This document shows positions 45,422-57,585 of a stretch of DNA of 64,000 nucleotides, in pieces. The position numbers and the translations under genes were made by a program. The notes beneath the pieces are model-generated. The model saw only the letters and a program-made list of their open reading frames with translations, did no database searches and had not been told where the DNA came from. Each line of letters begins with the position of its first letter. The first letter of the stretch is position 1. This DNA comes from Blepharisma stoltei ATCC 30299 (lineage: Eukaryota; Protista; Ciliophora): positions 372,001 to 436,000 of the forward strand of contig CBFDEM010000043.1 in NCBI GenBank assembly GCA_965603825.1. The letters are read 5' to 3'.

Positions 45422-48400
45422 ATGTGGGTGAGCTATTCATATGACGTAGGAAGTCTCAGCTCAGGCTCTGATTTATTCGGCTTTGAAATTCCAGAAAAAT
45501 CTGTTACTGATAATAAAATTTCATATGTAGATCTTTGAAACCTTTTATTAGAATACCAAGCATTTGTAAATTCAAGTACAACTATAAGTTACTATGATGA
45601 AGAAATAGGCGCATATAAAAATTTTTCATCAAAAGACAAACTCTCAACTGAAAGAGAAATTCAACTTCTCATCCAAAAATCACAAATTAGTGAAATTGGC
45701 ACTCTAGTAGAACGAATAGAAGACTTAGAAACCAATATTTCGCACCTTAAATCTATTTTAAAAGAAACTGACCAATTAAAACCTGTAAATCAAAACCAAG
45801 CAAGCTCAGAGCATCTTGACATGGCAATGCTATATGCAGCTCCTCTGACAAGGAAAGATGGGATCAAAGTAAAAGAATGCGATAATTGGAATTTAAATTT
45901 TGACTTGGAAAGGAAAAAATTATTGGAAGCTTTTGAAAGAAGCCAAATCCATGCATCAATTAGATTTGAAACAGCAACTTTGCAGCATTTAGGGGAAATA
46001 CTGGAGCTGCAACCCAAAATACTTCATATAAGCTGTCATGGGTATTATCAAAGGACTTTTCCTAATGAATTTGTGCTGGCTTTTGAAGACAGTAAATATT
46101 TAGGAATGAGGGATGAAGTCAATCAAAGTCGGCTTAAGAAAATTCTTGAGACCCATTGCAAGTATTTTAATATCGTCATCGTAAGTGCTTGCTTCTCACA
46201 AGCTATCGGGAACGTATTTCTAGATGCCGGAATTGACTGTGTAATTACAATTCACGACCAATGCAAAATTTTAGACGACGCTGCTATTTCTTTCGCAGTC
46301 ACATTTTATAGAAGTCTGCTCCGAGGAAAATCAATAAAAAACGCTTTTATTGAAGCCAAGAAAAATGTCAATTTTGAACAAGCTGTTATGAGAACAACTT
46401 GTTGCTGTGCCCACAACCATAAGCGCCAGTGTCTCTGAAAAGCCAGAAACGACCATGGAGAGCATACAATAAATGAAGAATGCACCTGTGAAAAACGAAA
46501 TAATGACTCAGTCCATAAGCTAAACTGTCAATGGGCGACCAAATTTCTTGCAAAATTCAATAAAACAAGGACTCCAAGTGAGCAAGAAATCAAAGATGGA
46601 AGCTGAGTAATTTGTTGCTGCTCACCAGAAGTCCCACATAATGAAGCAATGAAATTCAAATTACTGCTGAAAAACAAAGAAGTTGGGAATCAAATTCTCT
46701 TCTCTGAGCGCACACAAAATGAAATCCAGGAGCCTTATACATATGAAACTCCTTTTAAGCCACCTCCAATAAGGCAGAAAATCATAGGAAGAAACAGAGA
46801 AATGCAGCAGCTTTTAGAAATGGGCAAAAACAATAGAGTTATAATAGTAAGTGGGAAACTTGGCATTGGGAAATCTCTTCTGGTAAAAAGTGTTGCTCAT
46901 TATGCTTGTGAGAGAAGAATTTTCAAGCATGGAGTGCTTTATTTAAATCTCCAAGGCAAAACCAATTCAAGCACAATTAATCAAATGATAGCCAAAAGCT
47001 TAAACGTCCCTTGAGAAAAAAGCAAAGAAGAAATTGCAAGAATAATTGAAAACATGCATCTTTTAATAATCCTTGACAATATTGGTGGAATTATTGCTCA
47101 CAATAAAGAAAAAGTAAAAAATAAAATTGTTTCACTGCTTGAAAGGACACAGTTTCCTAAGTTTTGAATTGTCGTGAGTGGCGAGAATACTTTAAAGCTG
47201 GATAGAGCTGCAGAATTCAAGCTTGGAGAACTAAGTAAAAGAGCTGCAGCTAAGCTAATTAAAACGAGGACAGAAGTTTACCAGAAAATCAGGAATGATG
47301 TCCTGAAGCTTTTAAACGTTGTCTGCAAGTCTCCTTCTGAGCTGTTTCAAGTAATGCCTGTACTTATGGAAAAAACAGTTGATGAATTTTTACTTGACTA
47401 TCAGTCTCATCATTCTAGCCTTAATGAATATGAAGATTCTCGCTCCCTTTATTTATCACTTACTTATCTTCAAAACCGCAAGCCAGAAGCTGTCAATCTT
47501 ATCAAGCTACTGTCATTACTACCTGTAGGGATTTTTAGAGAAAATCTTAACCTTATATGCAGCAAACAAGTCTGTGACTGAAAAGACGCACTTTCACTTT
47601 TAGAGTCACAAGAAGGGGAAGAATGACTTGTAAAAATCCATTTGAATGACCATGATAATAACTCAGATGATAGCGAGGATGAAGAAAGCCAAGAGCTGCG
47701 CTCAAGCACGTTTCTGGATATGAATGAAAGCTTAAATATAATGGAAATTGAGCAATTGACGAGTCAAGAAATTCTGATGGTTTCTCAGCCTGTTAAAAAA
47801 TATATTAAATCTGAAGTCAGCCCGTTGGCTGATAATGCAATTGCTTGCATAGAGTATTTGGCTGCTTTGGCTAGAGCTCTAATGCAAATTATTAGCCAGC
47901 TGCCTTCTATGGCCTGCTCAAATGTGATGAAATCCCTTGGAAATTTCAACGCTTTAAATCCTTCACCAACCTGAAAGCTCTGTAACTACGAAGAAATTGT
48001 TGCAGAAATATTGAGCACTATAAAAAATTCAATAATTCCTCCCCAGAAGTTATTTGAATGCATGGAGCGCAATTTTGCAGACTACCTCAGTGAAAATTAT
48101 TTAAGGCAGATTTTTAATGACCGTAGAGATTCGCAAATTGGAAACCTTGTTTTCGAAATGGGGCAATGCGTGATGTGCATATACCTCCTCTTTGGGAAGA
48201 AAAACCAAGCATTTAATGTTATAGATAACATGAAAAAATGTCTTAAAACCTTCAGCGCCAATGAAACACTCAAGCATAAATTGAGGCTCTCCTGAAGTGC
48301 TATGAAAATTGAATATAAAAAGAAGTTCAGAATCGAAAAAGCTATAAAACAAGCTGAAAAAGCTTTGCAGCACTTTGAAATTAATGAAATGACTGATTGC

Positions 48401-50530
48401 TTGGCTGAAAGCTATTTATTAAGGGCAATTATTTCTATAAATGCACCTCTTAAGCGCAAAGAAATGTATGAGAATAGAGTAAATGAAATAAATGAAAACT
48501 TAGAACAGGCAGTAAGCCGTTTTAAAGATTTATGGTTCAGCATAGGAAGCTCAGGACTTGCACGATCTTATTTACTTTATTGTGAATGAAAAATTTCTAA
48601 TAACCATAGTGATGAAGAAATAATCAGAAGACTGCAAACCTCTTATAAAATATTCAAAGAACTGAATCTAATTGGCCTAGAAGAAAAATCTCTTTGTTTA
48701 TTGGGAAAAGCTTATTTTAACATGGAAAGATTAATTGCAGCAGAAGAGTCTTGAAGATTTGCATTAGAAATCGCACGGAAATTCAAAGACAGGAGCTATG
48801 AAGTCCAAATCAATGAGCAGCTAAATTTGATTTTTGAGCGCATAAGAAGACGCAGTGGAAATGTAATTGTGGTATTGAGAGCTTATCCTTTGGTATCAAT
48901 TAACTCTACTACTGGAAATTTTATTTTGGATTCTGTGGTGTGCACTCATTTTTCTACTTTCAAAAGAAACCTTCTTGATACTTTGTATCAACAACGAAAA
49001 CTGATTTATATGAAATTTGATGTTGGGACAAGACAAAAACTTATGGAGTATATAAAAGAAGGCTGCAAAGTACTACACCTCTCGACCTGCATGCCGCAAA
49101 GGGACTCTTTGGTATTAGAAAACAACAATTTTAGCGCTGATAATGTTTCTTTGCTAGAACTAGAAGAATTATTTGGCCCAGCCTCAGAGAGATGTGGATT
49201 GAGTCTAGTTGTATTAGCCATGCCTTTTTCTAAAAAAATTGGTGAGTATCTATTTAACCAAATCGGTATAGATTTTGTGATATGTTTCGATTATAAAGAA
49301 TATCCCCTCTGCAAATACTTAACACAGCTTCAGCTTATGTTTGAAAAAGCTATAGAAACATTTTGTGAAAAATTTTATGCGCTAATAGTAGAAGGGAAGA
49401 CTGTAAAAAAGGCATGAAAAGCAGCAAAGCGTGTCAGTGACGAATTTGTTGATTCTAATTCAAAACTTTTTGAACATTTTAATCATGAAGACTTCAATAT
49501 TGAAGAATTGTATAAAGGAAAAGGACCTATTTTACTAGGAAAAGGAGATAAGCCGTTGTTTAGTGACTCGTCAAGTGATATTCTTTCACATGAATCTGTC
49601 CTATTTCCTGGCAATGTGTTGCATACTTCAATACAAGGACAATATGTAAATATCAAAAGAACAAATAGCAGCCTAGTTGGAAGGCATAGGGCGATGTTCG
49701 AAGTCATAGAAAAACTGCTTGCAACGAGACTTGTCCATATTGTAGGACCAAAAGGGATTGGCAGAAGCTCTTTGATAAAGCATATAGGATATTATATGCA
49801 TACAAGGCAAAAATTTCCTGATGGAATATTTTGGATTAATATGAGATCCCAAGGGAGCTTGGCACAATTTAATGAAAATTTGGAAAAAGAAGGCTTATTC
49901 ATATCATTTGAGGATCGTGATATGGAGGAAAACCTTAGCCATAAAAGTTTGCTTTTAATGCTTGATGATTGTGATGATATTATTAGAGAAGCCAGGGCTC
50001 AGTTTCATAACTTAATTGAGACTTTGCATCGCAAATATAAAATTAGCGTAATAATTACAAGCTTTCCAATTGAGCTTGGATATCCTTGTGAGAGATATGA
50101 ACTTAATCCTCTTGAGCCTTTAGAATCAGCTTCAATGCTTCTGGCGTGCTTAGACAGAAGCCTAGATCGCAAAGAAGTAATTCCTTATAATAAAGATATG
50201 AATATTGCTCAAGATCTAGCTGAATCATCACTTCTGAAAGAATGCATGAATTTGCCGCTAAAAATAAAAGAACTTGCTTGTAAATTAAGCCAGGAGAATT
50301 TTAAAGTTCTTGAATTCAAAAGAATTCAAATAAGTGACTCCTCTGATTCACTTCCTTCAATTGTATCAACTATGACTGAAGCAAACGATTTAAGATGGTC
50401 AGACGAAGAAATATTTGAAGAAGAAAAAGAGACCAAAGGAGAAAGCAAAGAGCAAAAAACAAGAGATTATTCATTAAAAATGAAAAGAAAAAATACTGAT
50501 ATCGAGAAAAATCAAAAATCCAAACTTTAA
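45422..50530 (+). CDS. ~1,702-aa CHAT protease - STAND NTPase - TPR - pseudo-CHAT - STAND NTPase protein
   Basis: Eight ORF fragments share one frame and are separated only by TGA (about 12). CHAT1 ILHISCHG/VIVSACFS; NTPase1 IIGRNREM, GKLGIGKS, LLIILDN; TPR-like helices; CHAT2 VLHLSTC/VVLAMP; NTPase2 LVGR, GPKGIGRS, LLLMLDDCD. Confidence 0.85.
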
Positions 50531-50825
50531 TTATACAAGTTAATGAAATTAATATTTATTTAAACTGACAGATTTATATATTTAAATTTAAATAATGTAT
50601 AAGTAAATTAAATAAGCTACTGACAAATAATGAAGTTAGATTTTAATTAAAACCATTTTCTGATACAAATCAAGCTTTATGCTTGTATAATTAAAGTAAG
50701 AGATACTCAGTAAATATATTATTATAGCATCATAATTAAATTTCTGTTTATCATTTTAAAAATTTTACTGAACAATTTACGGTCAAATCTTTAAGAATTT
50801 AAATGTTTATTAAAATAAAAACACA

Positions 50826-51020
50826 TTAAGAACTGCAACGAATTTGCTTTCCTCTTGCCGCTCTGATATTTCTTTCATTTTCTTTATTGGCTCGTGACGC
50901 TCTTCTTTTATAAAGATTATTATGCTTAATGGGCTGAAGTACAGGTATCTTATTTGTCTTTGTAGAAGAAATTAAGCAAAGCTGGTTTTCCTGACCCAGG
51001 TATTGCATGCAGTTTCCCAT
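50826..51020 (-). CDS. Small basic protein with MGNC acylation motif
   Basis: 64-aa ATG-TAA ORF, more GC-rich than its flanks; myristoylation/palmitoylation-type start. Confidence 0.5.
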   Translation of the reverse strand: MGNCMQYLGQENQLCLISSTKTNKIPVLQPIKHNNLYKRRASRANKENERNIRAARGKQIRCSS

Positions 51021-51136
51021 TATATTTTTACTGTTAAAAAGCCGATGGATATTATCAAAAGAATAATCAACAAAAACTGTTTAATCCTTGATTCCGATCA
51101 ATTTTGAAAAATTTTCTGATTACATAAAATCTTAAA

Positions 51137-51748
51137 TTAAATAATTAGGCATTTGTTGGTACACGAGCACACAATTTTTTCATCTTCATGATCAGAAAAA
51201 TCAGTTGCAGTGGTTGCGGCTAGCTGATTAATATTTTGCTCTAGCCGCTTAATTGCTTCTTTTAGTTCTTTATTTTCTCTTTCTTTACCTTTTAAGATTT
51301 CTTCTCTTGTACTAAGCCTATGATTCATAGTTTGGACATCTCTCTGAAGGTTTCTCAGCTGATCCATTATTTGAGATTCTGCAGCTGAGACTGAGTGATC
51401 GTTATACTCATGGAGAGAACCCAATTGAATTCTATTATTGTTTTGGGTGGTGTTTGGAAATCCTGAAGGCTCGATTTTAATGTCATTTATTTTAGACTTT
51501 ACATACGCCTTTAACTTTTTCGTTTGCTTTTTAATGTCATTTACTTTGGGATTTTCTGTTGATATGTTTCCTATATCAAGTAAACTATCTGAATCTTCGT
51601 TAGATAGAATTTCATGACATTCAGGGCTTGGATAAGAATATAAAGAGCTTTCGTCTTCATTAAACTCATTGTTAAATGGGTTTTCGTATTTCTTTTGATA
51701 GGAAATCTCACTTTCAGAACTCGAACTTGATTTTTCGCCTTCAATCAT
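51137..51748 (-). CDS. Coiled-coil protein with C-terminal CaaX (CLII)
   Basis: ATG 51748; KERENKELKEAIKRLE coiled coil; ends CSCTNKCLII. Confidence 0.7.
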   Translation of the reverse strand: MIEGEKSSSSSESEISYQKKYENPFNNEFNEDESSLYSYPSPECHEILSNEDSDSLLDIGNISTENPKVNDIKKQTKKLKAYVKSKINDIKIEPSGFPNTTQNNNRIQLGSLHEYNDHSVSAAESQIMDQLRNLQRDVQTMNHRLSTREEILKGKERENKELKEAIKRLEQNINQLAATTATDFSDHEDEKIVCSCTNKCLII

Positions 51749-52006
51749 TAAAAGATTTATAATCAATTTAACATGGTTGAGGTAAGAGGATGCTGTTGAA
51801 ATTTAAATTAAATATTGAATGCATCAAGGATAATGTTTTCTAAATAATTATAAGCATTAATTAAATATTTGATATTAAATTTAGTATACTTATGCTAAAT
51901 ATGATTTATTATTCTGTTAAAATTACTTGATTGTCAATCTTCTGTTACTAATTCTAAAATTTATTATTGATTTCAAAAGTATTCTTTTTAATTTAAATCA
52001 AATAAA

Positions 52007-53509
52007 TTACAAAAAATTCATTAGTATATTTATCCCGAGAAAGAGCTTAACTCCAAAACTTACACAAAATATTCCATGAATATCTTCCATGCTGAAAACA
52101 AAATCAACATAATTATCCGACATTGAATCTTTAAGTTCATAAATCCCTTTAGCGCTATCTGCTAAGTAAACATAGCCTCCACATGAGCATATTCCTGCAG
52201 GGTCAGTTATATTACTCATTTCATATAATTTGTGAGTTTTATCTTTTGGATTGTAAGTTCACACTTCTCCATTTTCAAGTGAATAAAAAACAGATCCATT
52301 GTCTGTATATGTGACTCCTTTTGCAGATACATTATGAAAGGAATAAGTTTCTATCAAGCCTCCATTTTTGGTTTCAGTTTGTGAATCTGCCTTGTTCAAT
52401 GTTCCTGAATATTCATCGAGTTGACTATTAATATAATAAATATCATTTCTGCTATCCAAATCAATTGCTGTTGGATAATTTAATTTGTTGTTTATAATAT
52501 CTCTTTGATACATAATATAATGCTTATTGAGAAACCCAGAAAATAAGTCCATGTATCCGATGACGCTGATTTGGTTAAGAGCGGCATCCACAAAATATAG
52601 GTTTCCCAAATGATCAACTTTGCAATCGTAAGGATTGATTCCATGGTAGATGACATTATACATATTTTTAGCTAGAACAAACCTTCTATCACTTCATTTT
52701 GTTTCATATTGATAAATATAGCCTTTATTATTCAATCTGCTTTCAATGACATATAAATAGTTATGGTTTTCATCTAAGCAAGTAGCTGTAGGTTTCTGCA
52801 GACCTCCAATCAGCTCGACGACCTCATTTTCATTCAAATATAGCGCACTTACTTTTCCAGAGTCATACTTGTTAGCCAAATAAGTGGTTATTAATAAAAT
52901 TTTTGGTTTAAATACAGACTCTTGTGTTTTGCTTCTAAAAACATTAGTCTCAATAAAAGTTTCGATGACATTTTCGCTTTTGCTTTCAGGCTCTGGCATA
53001 ATTATAGTATTCACTTCGTTTATAACAGTAGCTTGGTCTTGATTTGACATTTGCCCTATATTCTGGCTGTTTAAGTTTAATTTTTCATCAATTCATCCTA
53101 CTTCAAGATCTTGTGATAAATCCAAACTGATATGTTCAAGCTTGATTTCATTTGCAATAATAATTGGAACTGTATTTTGGAATTCTTGGATTTTAGTTTT
53201 ATCTTGATGATTATCATAAGCATTTGGATTCAAAAATGCATTTCCTTCTTGTGCTCTTTGTCCAGTTTCAATAGAATTGTCGCCTATATAATAGCTGGAA
53301 TCATTATTATTTTCTAACTGATTAGCCTTTTCAAGTTGATCAGCTTTATCATTTTCTAAAAAAATTGAATAATTTTCCATTCTGTTATAATTTTCTTCAC
53401 GCATTTCCATCTCTGAAGAGACTTCGAGAGGGCTCTGCTTTGATGTGGACTCTAAAGCGAAAAGTTTCCATGTAACAAAAAAAATGCTTAGAACCTTGGC
53501 TACGTTCAT
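52007..53509 (-). CDS. Secreted/GPI-type beta-propeller (NHL/YWTD-like) surface protein
   Basis: Four ORF pieces in one frame joined by TGA at 53093, 52694 and 52259. Signal peptide; repeats GLQKPTATCLD..YLYVI, GNLYFVD, YPTAIDLD and YVYLADS; hydrophobic tail. Confidence 0.78.
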
Positions 53510-53556
53510 TTAATTAATTATTAAAATTTTCTTTAGTATCATGTCTAATTTAAACT

Positions 53557-54486
53557 TTAAAGCTTCGGCTTAGCCGTTTCTTGTATCAGGTATAAAACCT
53601 TTTTCAAAGTATCAGTTGTTGATGTAGGGTAATCTGGATTCCCTAGCCTGGTAGTTTCAAAACTGTTAATTTCTCTCCACCTTGCCTGCACATCTTCAGC
53701 TGAAAACTGACCTGAGAAAAATATTCCTGGTGATCTTTGCCATCTTACTCTAGTGATGAGTCCTCCACAAGCTTCATAAAGTCCTCCAGTATCATTGCAG
53801 CTTTCATGGCACAGATAAACGACTAAAGGAACAATTTTTTCAGGGGTTACTATATTTAGTATTTCAGGAGCCAACAAGTCTTCAGTCATTCTTGAAGCAG
53901 CAACTGGAGTTATTGAATTGATCCTGATATTATTTTTTTCTCCTTCTTTCGCTAATGACAAAGTCATCCCATGCAATCCCATCTTAGCTGCCCCATAGTT
54001 TGCTTGGCCAAAGTTTCCATAAATTCCTGACCCGCTTGAAGTATTGATGATTCTGCCGAACTTCTGTTGTTTCATATATTTCCAAGCCGCTTTAATTACA
54101 GTAAATGCTCCTTTCAAGTGAATGCTCATAATGATATCCCAATCTGCATCTTTCATTTTAAGGATGCTTGAATCTCTTAATATTCCTGCATTGTTTATGA
54201 CAATGTCTACCCTTCCAAAGTTTTCAATTGCTGTTTTTACTATGCGATCTCCGTTTTCAACTGAATCGTAGTTCGCAACTGCGATTCCTCCTAGTTTTTG
54301 GATCTCTTGGACTATTATATCAGCTACTCTTGATGAGTGGCCTTCTCCGTTTCTTGAGACTCCTAAATCATTGGCTACTACTTTAGCGCCTCTTTTTCCG
54401 AATTCAAGAGCATATGCTTTACCTAGTCCACTTCCTGCCCCAGTGATTATTACGACTCTGTTGTCAAACCTTAAGGAATCTACCAT
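53557..54486 (-). CDS. Peroxisomal MFE-2/HSD17B4-type 3-hydroxyacyl-CoA dehydrogenase (single SDR domain)
   Basis: LRFDNRVVIITGAGSGLG, NNAGILRD and YGNFGQANYGAAK; C-terminal PKL is PTS1-like. Confidence 0.9.
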   Translation of the reverse strand: MVDSLRFDNRVVIITGAGSGLGKAYALEFGKRGAKVVANDLGVSRNGEGHSSRVADIIVQEIQKLGGIAVANYDSVENGDRIVKTAIENFGRVDIVINNAGILRDSSILKMKDADWDIIMSIHLKGAFTVIKAAWKYMKQQKFGRIINTSSGSGIYGNFGQANYGAAKMGLHGMTLSLAKEGEKNNIRINSITPVAASRMTEDLLAPEILNIVTPEKIVPLVVYLCHESCNDTGGLYEACGGLITRVRWQRSPGIFFSGQFSAEDVQARWREINSFETTRLGNPDYPTSTTDTLKKVLYLIQETAKPKL

Positions 54487-55346
54487 TATTACGTCACAAG
54501 TTAGATACAAAATGGAATTCTTATGAGCGCATCTTATTAGGGAATGATATATAATGTAGGGTTTAAATGAACTATTTAATTATTAAAATCATCTATTCTA
54601 ATTTATATTAAATTCTTATAAAAAAATTATAAAGCTCTATATATAAAATTTTAGAAAATAAAGAAAAAATTATTGTGGTGAAACTATATCGGAATTAATT
54701 TTAATCAATTAGATGATAAGTATTGGTAGGCAAGGGAAATAAAAATACATTATTTTTTTAATATGTAAACTATTTATTTTTCATAATCTAAAAATATTTT
54801 TTCTTGGTTAATATTTATTGATATTTTAATCAATCTTGACTCTATTTATATATAAGAGATGCAAAAAGTCATTTATATTTTTGAAGCTAATTTTTTTTAT
54901 AGCATATTATTAGTTGATTATTTATATTTAAATAAGTCAATTAAACATTATTCTTACGAATTAGGGTCATATGAGCAAAAAATAATTGATAAAAAAACAT
55001 TCGAAAGCTGAATGGTCATACAAGGACTGTCTTAAGATTTTATAGCCAAAATAAAGATTTTAATTAAGGCAAAAAAAATTACCTTAAGTCAATAATTTGT
55101 TTTTGGGATATTTATATAAAACATTTATCGATAGCAATAAATCTAAAAGATTTCAGAGCTATGACATTATTTATTTGTAAATTATATTTTTAATGCAAAA
55201 TTTAAATGCTTCTAAATGAAAATCATTTTAAAAATCTAAAATAATAAAATTTGTTATGATAATGTGATAAAATGAATAAAGCGGGCATTATTAATATTAG
55301 CAATTAGTTCTTTTTCACAAGATAGCTATAATTTATTAAAAGTACT

Positions 55347-56027
55347 CTAATAATCTACTAAAAATTCAGATGGTGAATCAATTTCATCTCTAAATTCACT
55401 ACTATCATAAGAAGAAAAAGAATTTTTTCTTTCACCATCTTCATAAGTTAATGTGCTTTCCTCGCTATAAAAGCCATTACCTTCCCCAATCTCTCCGCCG
55501 CTCTCAATTCTAATCGTTCCTAATAGCTCATTTGCTTCAAGCCCAGCCCTTTCGCCTTTTCTAATAATACTTTTCCACCTATTTTTTACACTATTTTCAG
55601 TTCTTCCTTGCAATTCCTTTGAAATCTGGCTCCACTTGCTTCCAATTTCTTGTTGTCTTTTCAAAATATACATGTCTTCGTCAGCAGTCCACCCTCCTTT
55701 TTTCAATGATGGATTTAGATGGTTTCCTCATCTTTCCCTGCATTGTTTTCCATGCCTTATTAATTTTCCATGATACATTAAATCATTTAACTCTTTAGAA
55801 ATTGCTGTTCATTTTTTTGTGCCTCGCTTTTTAACAAGTTCCATCAGCACTTGGTCTTCTTTTTCAGTCCAAGATTGCCTTTGTACGTTAATTTCACTTA
55901 TTTCTGGTCTACAAACAGGTATAAATTTTTTGGTAGAATCATCAACTTTACAAGGGACCATTCATACATCATTATCGACTTCATATGCAGCGTTGTGGAT
56001 GCCCATTTTCCTTCCTTTAGTCTCCAT
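55347..56027 (-). CDS. R2R3 Myb transcription factor
   Basis: WTEKED..GTKK-W(TGA 55809)..GKQCRER-W(TGA 55728)GNHLNP..WTADED..GSKWSQI..GRTENSVKNRW. Confidence 0.92.
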
Positions 56028-56077
56028 TTCATTTATATCTTATATATTTATTAACTGGATAAATTACTGATTAATTT

Positions 56078-57562
56078 TTAATATTCACTTTCGTTTGTAA
56101 ATGTATATAAATATTCTTGAAACTGATCAAAATGAATTTTCCCATCCTCTGTTACATGTAGGTTATTTAGAAACTCTTTAAGCAGGCCTTCATTAATATT
56201 TGTGTCCCCTGAAAACCATTCCCTAAGTTCGTTAACTTCAAGATACCCAGATCCGTCTTTATCGAAAATCATAAATGTTTTTTCAAGATTTGTCTTGGTT
56301 ATCATTTTTCTTTTTTCTACTGTAGCTCTTAAAAATTCAGTATAGTCTATAACACCATTATTATCTGTATCTACAAACTCCATAATTCTATTAGCCTCAA
56401 GTCTGGCATCTTCATCAGTCATAGTTTCTTTAAAATGTGTATAAAGCTCCTCTTTTGAAATTACTCCATCGCCGTTAATATCCATTGAGCTGAATATGGC
56501 TTCCTGAGCTTTAAGCTCACTTGGCTTCATTAATTGGCTTAAAATAAATGTCTGAATTGCTTGCTTCAATTTAGAAGCTCTCCGCAGTCGGTTTATGTGA
56601 AAAATGCTGTGTCGGATATCTTCTTTGTTTTCATTAGAATTATGATGATAAGTGCACCATGGATGCATGAAGGCTTGAGATGCGTTTAATCTTTTATCTA
56701 CATCTTTAACAAGCAATTTTCTTATTAAATCTTTAGCCTCTTCAGAAATATTATTCCAGCGTTCTCCATCTAAGCTGAATTTCCCTTTTTTAATGAGTTT
56801 TATAATTTCAGCATCATTTCAGGCATCAAATGGTGAGGTTCCAGAGAGAAGTATATATAAAATTACTCCACAACTTCATATATCGCATTTTTCATTATAA
56901 TTTTTATCAAAAACCTCAGGAGCCATATATAAAGTAGTCCCATATGACCCAGTGATTTGGGTGTTAATTTCATAAAATGTGGCATTATCAAAGTCTATGA
57001 TTTTGATTTGAAGGTCGCCTTCGTTACCATCTGCTTCGTCAACTATCACCACATTTTCTGGCTTCATATCTCTATGGATAACCCCTCTGCTATGTAAGTA
57101 ACTTAGACCAGAAAATACTTGGCTCATGATTTTTGCAGCCTGCTTTTCCGTAAATACTAATAACTGTGAAACTTTATCAAATAAATCGCCTCCTTTACAA
57201 TACTCCATGACTATATAAAAGTTGGATCTATCTTCAAAATATTCAAAAGTTTTTAAAATATTTGGATGGTCTAAAGTCTTTAAGATTTCCACTTCACGGA
57301 AAACACTGCGGCTGTCTACCTCTGCTTTATTAAGCCCAGCTTTAGAAATAATTTTTACAGCTCTTGTATCACCTGTTCTTAAATCAGTACAGAGTCGAAT
57401 CTCCCCTAAAGCTCCAGACCCAAGTGGATCAGGGCTAAGTTTATAGATCGAATAAAAAGACCTGCTATTTTCCTGCACAAAATTCCCAGGTGCCAGTACA
57501 TCCACATTTCTTGGCCTCGTTGTTTCTAAAGCCTTATGCCCTGAGCTACATATGCTTCCCAT
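56078..57562 (-). CDS. Calcium-dependent protein kinase (kinase + EF-hands)
   Basis: MG start, HRDMKPEN, YMAPEV, KCDI-W(TGA 56876), second TGA at 56819. EF-hands DINGDGVISKEE, DTDNNGVIDYTE and DKDGSGYLEVNE. The DFG motif reads DFD. Confidence 0.92.
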
Positions 57563-57585
57563 ATTGCTGATATTTTTTAATATTC

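Noticed and set aside
45821-49417. Apparent pseudogene or operon of many short same-strand ORFs
   Set aside because: All pieces share one frame and are separated only by TGA, so this is a single gene under TGA=Trp.
1172-56878. In-frame TGA as selenocysteine or cysteine
   Set aside because: TGA aligns with conserved Trp, not with redox Cys, in housekeeping proteins.
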